Part shown: piece after piece, positions 59,319-64,000 of the stretch
Position numbering within the stretch: position 1 is the stretch's first letter
Layout of the letters: each line of letters begins with the position of its first letter
NCBI GenBank assembly: GCA_965203485.1
Contig: OZ241892.1
Coordinates: 128,001-192,000 of the forward strand
Reading direction: 5' to 3'
Source of the DNA: Longimicrobiales bacterium
GTDB lineage: Bacteria > Gemmatimonadota > Gemmatimonadetes > Longimicrobiales > Gaopeijiaceae
Length of the DNA stretch: 64,000 nucleotides
The notes under the pieces: generated by a model
Seen by the model: only the letters and a program-made list of their open reading frames with translations
The model's database searches: none
Told to the model about the DNA's origin: nothing
Position numbers and translations under genes: made by a program

Positions 59319-59358
59319 ATACGCAGGGAGGCCGAATCGGGGAGTGTCATTTTTCGTC
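59319..59358 (-). promoter_or_regulatory. Conserved 40-bp cassette-head motif, copy 4
   Basis: The reverse complement is 39/40 identical to copy 1. Ends 45 nt before the peptide 4 ATG. Confidence 0.65.
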
Positions 59359-59602
59359 GGCAAGCGCCGCTGCGGCCGCGCACGGCGCCCTCCCCAGCGT
59401 CTTGCCAGCAGCCGTCGGCAGTTGGGCGCGCGTGCAGGGCTGATCGGGCGGGGGCGTGGTGGGTTCGCAGCGCTTGGGGGCGAGAACGGCCGCTGCGGCG
59501 CCGATGCCCGAGGCCGACGGGGGGCCGGCTGGCGGGAATGGATATATTCACGCGTCCGGCGTCCGTCCGGGGCGCGGCAATCCGATCACGACTCAGGCAG
59601 CG

Positions 59603-60988
59603 ATGCCGAACGTGCACCACCAGAGTCGGCAGAGGCTGATGCGCGCGTCTCCGGCGGTCTTCTTGGCGATGGCCGAGGGCGGCGCCAGGGGCTTTTGGGC
59701 CTTTGGGGAGCGGTGGGTCGCCCACGCGGGCGTCGTGGACGACTTGGTGGTGCGTTGCGGGGACGGAAAGGGCAGTTCGGGCCGAGCGGCCGAGCGGGCG
59801 CGCTTCGGCATCGTCGAGCAGAGCTTGGGGAACGCGTTCGCCGGGAAGGGCGCAACGGAAGCCGTGCGCGCATTCGGGGGCTTTGCGTTCTCCGGGCGTC
59901 ACCGGGCCAGGGGGGCATGGGCCGCGTTCCCGAGCGCGCGGTTTCACGTGCCGGTCGTCGAGATGGAGTTTCGGGCCGGGGGGGAGGGAGCGTGGCTGGC
60001 TGCGCGCGACGCGGACCCGGAACGGGCGGCGGCGATTTCCAAGCGGTGGGCGGCGGCGGTGGAGGCGGCAACGGTGGGCGGCGGCGCGTGGGGCGGGCTG
60101 GAAGCGTCGGGAGCGCGCGCGGCGGGGCACATTGGGCTGGGGGAGGGCACGGAAAGGGCCGCGTGGGACGAGATGGTGGGCTCGGCGTTGCGGAGAATCC
60201 GGGCGGGCGAGGCCGAGAAGGTCGTGCTGGCCCGCAGCGTGGAAGCGGAGACCGAAGCGGCGGTCGGACCGGCGGGGCTGGCGTTGGCTCTGTGGCGGGA
60301 GAACCGGGGGAGCTACGTGTTCCTGTTCGAGCCGGAGCCGGGCCACGCCTTGGTCGGGGCGGCGCCGGAGACGATTGCGACGCTGAGTGGCCGCGCCTTT
60401 CGGGCGACGGCGGTCGCCGGAAGCGTGGGCGTGGGGACGGACTCGGTGGAGGCGGCGCGCTTGGGGCAGCGGTTGTTCAACAGCGCGAAGGACCGCGCCG
60501 AGCACGACTTCGTGGTGGACGACGTGGTGGCGCGCCTCGAGGCGCTGGGTTGCGACGTTCGCCGCGATGTTGAGCCGCACATCCTCGCGCTGGCTCACAT
60601 CCAGCACTTGGAGACGAAGATCGCCGCCGAAGCGGCGCCCGGACTGTCGTTGCTGGACGCGCTCGCGTCGCTGCATCCGACGCCGGCCGTCTGCGGGATT
60701 CCCCGCGAAGTGGCGCTGCGGGTCCTCATCGAGAGCGAGACGTTCGACCGGGGCTGGTACGCCGGGCCCGTGGGGTGGCTGGACTCGGAGGGCCGGGGAG
60801 TCTTCGTGCCTGCGCTCCGTTCGGCGGCGCTGTCGGCGGGGCGCTGGAGGCTGTTCGCGGGCGCGGGCATCGTGCCGGGGTCCGATCCGGCGTCGGAGTG
60901 GGAGGAGACGGAGATGAAGCTGCGTCCCGTTCTTCGGGCAATGGCTTCGGCCGCCCGGGGCGCGGACGCGGCGGCCGCCGTTCGGTGA
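59603..60988 (+). CDS. menF: Isochorismate synthase
   Basis: KVVLAR, GAAPE, AVAGS, KDRAEH, LHPTPAVCG, DRGWYAGPVGW and AGAGIV. Lies upstream of menD; start approximate. Confidence 0.9.
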   Translation: MPNVHHQSRQRLMRASPAVFLAMAEGGARGFWAFGERWVAHAGVVDDLVVRCGDGKGSSGRAAERARFGIVEQSLGNAFAGKGATEAVRAFGGFAFSGRHRARGAWAAFPSARFHVPVVEMEFRAGGEGAWLAARDADPERAAAISKRWAAAVEAATVGGGAWGGLEASGARAAGHIGLGEGTERAAWDEMVGSALRRIRAGEAEKVVLARSVEAETEAAVGPAGLALALWRENRGSYVFLFEPEPGHALVGAAPETIATLSGRAFRATAVAGSVGVGTDSVEAARLGQRLFNSAKDRAEHDFVVDDVVARLEALGCDVRRDVEPHILALAHIQHLETKIAAEAAPGLSLLDALASLHPTPAVCGIPREVALRVLIESETFDRGWYAGPVGWLDSEGRGVFVPALRSAALSAGRWRLFAGAGIVPGSDPASEWEETEMKLRPVLRAMASAARGADAAAAVR

Positions 60989-62871
60989 AGGCGGGCGAAC
61001 TCAACCTCGAGTGGGCGCGCCGGATCGTGGCGGCGCTGGTCGAATCTGGGCTGGCGGAGGCGGAGGTTGCGCCGGGTTCGCGGTCGGCGCCGCTCGTGCT
61101 GGCGATGGCGGGCTTCCCCGGATTGCGCGTGCGAGTGCACCTGGACGAGCGGTCGGCGGGCTTCTTCGCGCTGGGGTACGGACGACGGGCTCGGCGTCCG
61201 GCCGCGGTGGTGACCACGTCGGGCACGGCGGTGGCCAATTTGCTGCCGTCGGTCGTGGAGGCGGCGGCGGCGGATGTGCCGGTGATCCTCTTGACGGCCG
61301 ACCGCCCGCGCGAACTCCGCGGCGCGGACGCGAACCAGACGATCGACCAGGTGGGCATCTTCGGGCCGAGGCTGCGCTGGGAGGCTGACTTGCCGGCAGC
61401 GTCGGAGGCTGGTTTGGCCGCTGTCGGCGAAGCCGCCGGCACAGCCTTCGCGTACGCGACCGGACCGCCGGCGGGGCCGGTTCACTTGAACATCCCCTTC
61501 GAGAAGCCCTTGGAACCCGAATCGGTGGGATCGTGGAGACGCGGGCTGGAGTTGCGGAACGGGATCGAGGGTCGCCGCGACTTAGCCGTTGGCGGCCGCA
61601 TGGAGCGCGATCTCGGCGCGGTTGACGGCGGATGCGGCGCTCGTCGCCGCCTGGCGGTGGACCGGGACGGCTTGGACCCGGGGGGCTTCGGCGTAGCGGT
61701 CGAGGCGGCGGCGGAACTGGTGAGGGGCGAGCTCGCGGAGGCCCGCCGTCCCGTGCTCGTGGCCGGTCCGTCGCCGGACCCCGACGCGGAGGGACCGGCG
61801 TTGAGCGCTTTCTCGGCACGGCTCGGCGTCCCCTTGCTGGCTGACCCGCTGTCGGGCGCCCGCTTCGCCGCGGCCGGCGCCCGGGGGACTCCAAGGCTGA
61901 TTGGCGGCTACGACCACTTTCTGCGCGTGCCCGGGGTGTCGGACAGGCTGGCCCCGGATCTCGTGCTGCGCACCGGACGCACGCCCACCTCCGTCGTCCT
62001 GGAGGGCGCGCTGGCGGGCTGGAGGGCCGGACGGCAGGTCGTGATCGACGCGGGCAGCCTGCCGAAGGACCATCAGGGCTTGGCCGACGCCTATCTGCGC
62101 GCGCCCGCCGGGCCCGTGCTGGACCTGGTGGGGAGGTCGGAGAGTTGCGGGGGCCTCGCGCTGGACGACGGTTGGGCGCAGGAATGGAGCGGGGTCGAGG
62201 CGGCAGCGTGGGACGCCGTCGAAGACGGTCTCGCCGCCGACGCCGCCAACGAGGGCGCCTACGCCGCCGCGGTCCTGGCGAGCCTTCCCGCCGGCTCCAC
62301 CCTCTTCGTGTCGAGTTCGATGCCGGTGCGCGACGTGGACGCGTTCGGGCGCCCCGCGCCGCTGGGGATCCGCGTGCTGGGCAACCGGGGCGCGAGCGGC
62401 ATCGACGGGATCGTCTCCTCGGCGTTGGGTTGTGCGGCCGCCGGGGAGGAGCCGGTGGCGTGTCTCCTGGGCGACATGGCGCTGTACCACGACCTCAACG
62501 GCCTCCTGGCGGCTCGCGACCCGGAGCTCGGCGTAGTGTTCGTGGTGATCGACAACGACGGCGGGGGCATCTTCCACATGTTGCCGATCCGCGAGTTCGA
62601 GCCCGCGTTCACGCCATGCTTCGCCACGCCGCACGGCCTCGACTTCCAGCACGCGGCGAAGCTCCACGGCGTGGCCTTCGCGGAGGCGGACGGCCCGGCC
62701 CAGCTGGCGCAGGTCGTGAGGAGCGCGGCAGCTGGCCGGTCGACGCGGATCGTGCGGGTGCGGACCGAGGCAGACGCCAACCGGCGCAGGCACGAAGCGG
62801 TCCGTCGACGGGTGGCGCGAGCCCTGGCCGGATTCGGCGAGGGGGCGCCGCCCGCGGCTCCTCCGGCATGA
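60985..62871 (+). CDS. menD: SEPHCHC synthase (TPP-dependent)
   Basis: PGSRSAPL, DERSAGFFALG, TSGTAVAN, NRGASGIDG, GDMALYHDLNGL and NDGGGIF. Confidence 0.95.
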   Translation: MKAGELNLEWARRIVAALVESGLAEAEVAPGSRSAPLVLAMAGFPGLRVRVHLDERSAGFFALGYGRRARRPAAVVTTSGTAVANLLPSVVEAAAADVPVILLTADRPRELRGADANQTIDQVGIFGPRLRWEADLPAASEAGLAAVGEAAGTAFAYATGPPAGPVHLNIPFEKPLEPESVGSWRRGLELRNGIEGRRDLAVGGRMERDLGAVDGGCGARRRLAVDRDGLDPGGFGVAVEAAAELVRGELAEARRPVLVAGPSPDPDAEGPALSAFSARLGVPLLADPLSGARFAAAGARGTPRLIGGYDHFLRVPGVSDRLAPDLVLRTGRTPTSVVLEGALAGWRAGRQVVIDAGSLPKDHQGLADAYLRAPAGPVLDLVGRSESCGGLALDDGWAQEWSGVEAAAWDAVEDGLAADAANEGAYAAAVLASLPAGSTLFVSSSMPVRDVDAFGRPAPLGIRVLGNRGASGIDGIVSSALGCAAAGEEPVACLLGDMALYHDLNGLLAARDPELGVVFVVIDNDGGGIFHMLPIREFEPAFTPCFATPHGLDFQHAAKLHGVAFAEADGPAQLAQVVRSAAAGRSTRIVRVRTEADANRRRHEAVRRRVARALAGFGEGAPPAAPPA

Positions 62872-63010
62872 GGCCGCCTGCGCGGGAATGGGCGCGCCGC
62901 CGCCTTTGCCGGCCGCTTGCTCGCCGTCTCGGCGGGGCTAGGATTGAAATCGGCGCCGGGAGCCCCGGACCGCTCCAAGCCTCTCCCAACAGCCCCTACG
63001 GAATCCGCCC

Positions 63011-63850
63011 ATGAGCGCCACAGCTTGGCAGACGGCCAAGGACTACCAGGACATCACCTACAAGAAGCGCGACGGCGTGGCGCGCATTGCGATCAACCGG
63101 CCCGAGGTGCGAAACGCCTTTCGCCCGGAGACGCTGTTCGAGCTGCTCGACGCGTTCCACGACGCGCAGGACGACTCGGCGGTCGGCGTCGTGCTGCTGA
63201 CGGGCGAGGGGCCGGCCGGGGACGGGAAGTACGCGTTCTGCTCGGGCGGAGACCAGCGCGTGCGCGGCGACGCGGGCTACGTGGGCGGCGACGGCGTGCC
63301 GCGCCTCAACGTGCTGGTCCTGCAGCGCCTGATCCGCTCGATGCCGAAGCCGGTGATCGCGCTCGTGGCGGGGTACGCCATCGGCGGCGGCCACGTGCTT
63401 CACGTCGTCTGCGACCTCACCATCGCGGCGGACAACGCGGTGTTCGGCCAGACGGGGCCGAAGGTGGGCAGCTTCGACGGCGGGTTCGGGTCGTCGTACT
63501 TGGCGCGCATCGTCGGCCAGAAGAAAGCGCGCGAGATATGGTATCTGTGCCGCCAGTACGGCGCCGAGGAGGCGCGGGCGATGGGACTCGTCAACGCCGT
63601 CGTGCCGGTGGAACGCCTCGAGGAGGAAGGCTTCGAGTGGGCGCAGCGCATCCTCGAGCACAGTCCGCTCGCGATTCGGCTGCTCAAGTCGGCCTTCAAC
63701 GCCGACGTGGACGGCCAGGCGGGACTCCAAGAGCTCGCCGGCAACGCCACGCTTCTGTTCTACATGACCGAGCAGGGACAGGAAGGCCGGGACGCCTACC
63801 TGCAGAAGCGCAAGCCCGACTTCCGCAAGTATCCGTGGTTGCCGTGGTAG
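63011..63850 (+). CDS. menB: 1,4-dihydroxy-2-naphthoyl-CoA synthase
   Basis: [39 protein letters not shown] and EGRDAY. Confidence 0.97.
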   Translation: MSATAWQTAKDYQDITYKKRDGVARIAINRPEVRNAFRPETLFELLDAFHDAQDDSAVGVVLLTGEGPAGDGKYAFCSGGDQRVRGDAGYVGGDGVPRLNVLVLQRLIRSMPKPVIALVAGYAIGGGHVLHVVCDLTIAADNAVFGQTGPKVGSFDGGFGSSYLARIVGQKKAREIWYLCRQYGAEEARAMGLVNAVVPVERLEEEGFEWAQRILEHSPLAIRLLKSAFNADVDGQAGLQELAGNATLLFYMTEQGQEGRDAYLQKRKPDFRKYPWLPW

Positions 63851-64000
63851 CCTGGACGGGCAGGGGCTTGGGTCCGGTTGGCGCCGGGCGGCGTCCGGCA
63901 TGGTAGCGGAAGTCCGGCGGGCATACGGCCTTCGCCGCCCCGGCGGGGCCGGATTGGGGCGGTGGCGCGCGTGGGCGCTGGCGGCCCGGCCCCGCACGCT

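Noticed and set aside
2301..59358. The 40-bp motif as a CRISPR repeat or integron attC site
   Set aside because: Copies are kilobases apart with no spacers or cas genes. There is no attC-type palindrome and no integrase in the window.
62871..63011. Absence of menH between menD and menB
   Set aside because: Gene order in men clusters varies, and the remaining genes may lie outside the window.

Overview
High-GC bacterial window with no rRNA, tRNA or CRISPR array. The gene content suggests Gemmatimonadota, possibly a host-associated MAG (inference only). The housekeeping scaffold is acs (partial), a LOG/SLOG protein, an S9 peptidase, RidA, a PLP aminotransferase, an RND efflux operon, metY, a BNR/VPS10-like protein, VOC proteins, fbaB, a zinc metalloprotease and menF-menD-menB. 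The main accessory signal is a modular locus at 1.6-16.5 kb with an inverted satellite copy at 57.7-59.4 kb. It encodes four small exported Cys-rich peptides, eight beta-propeller-like exported proteins (two fused to a DsbA-type CxxC domain), an AraC regulator and an ECF sigma factor. A 40-bp motif occurs four times at cassette heads, and decayed duplicated gene ends mark cassette junctions. Also present: six paralogous GT-C-like membrane proteins in two triplets around the RND operon; an ArsC-like protein with an in-frame UGA (probable selenocysteine); a DUF262+HEPN candidate defence pair; an IS3 element interrupting a VOC gene; and an ISL3 remnant. All family assignments come from motif recognition by eye, not database searches, and several start codons are best guesses.
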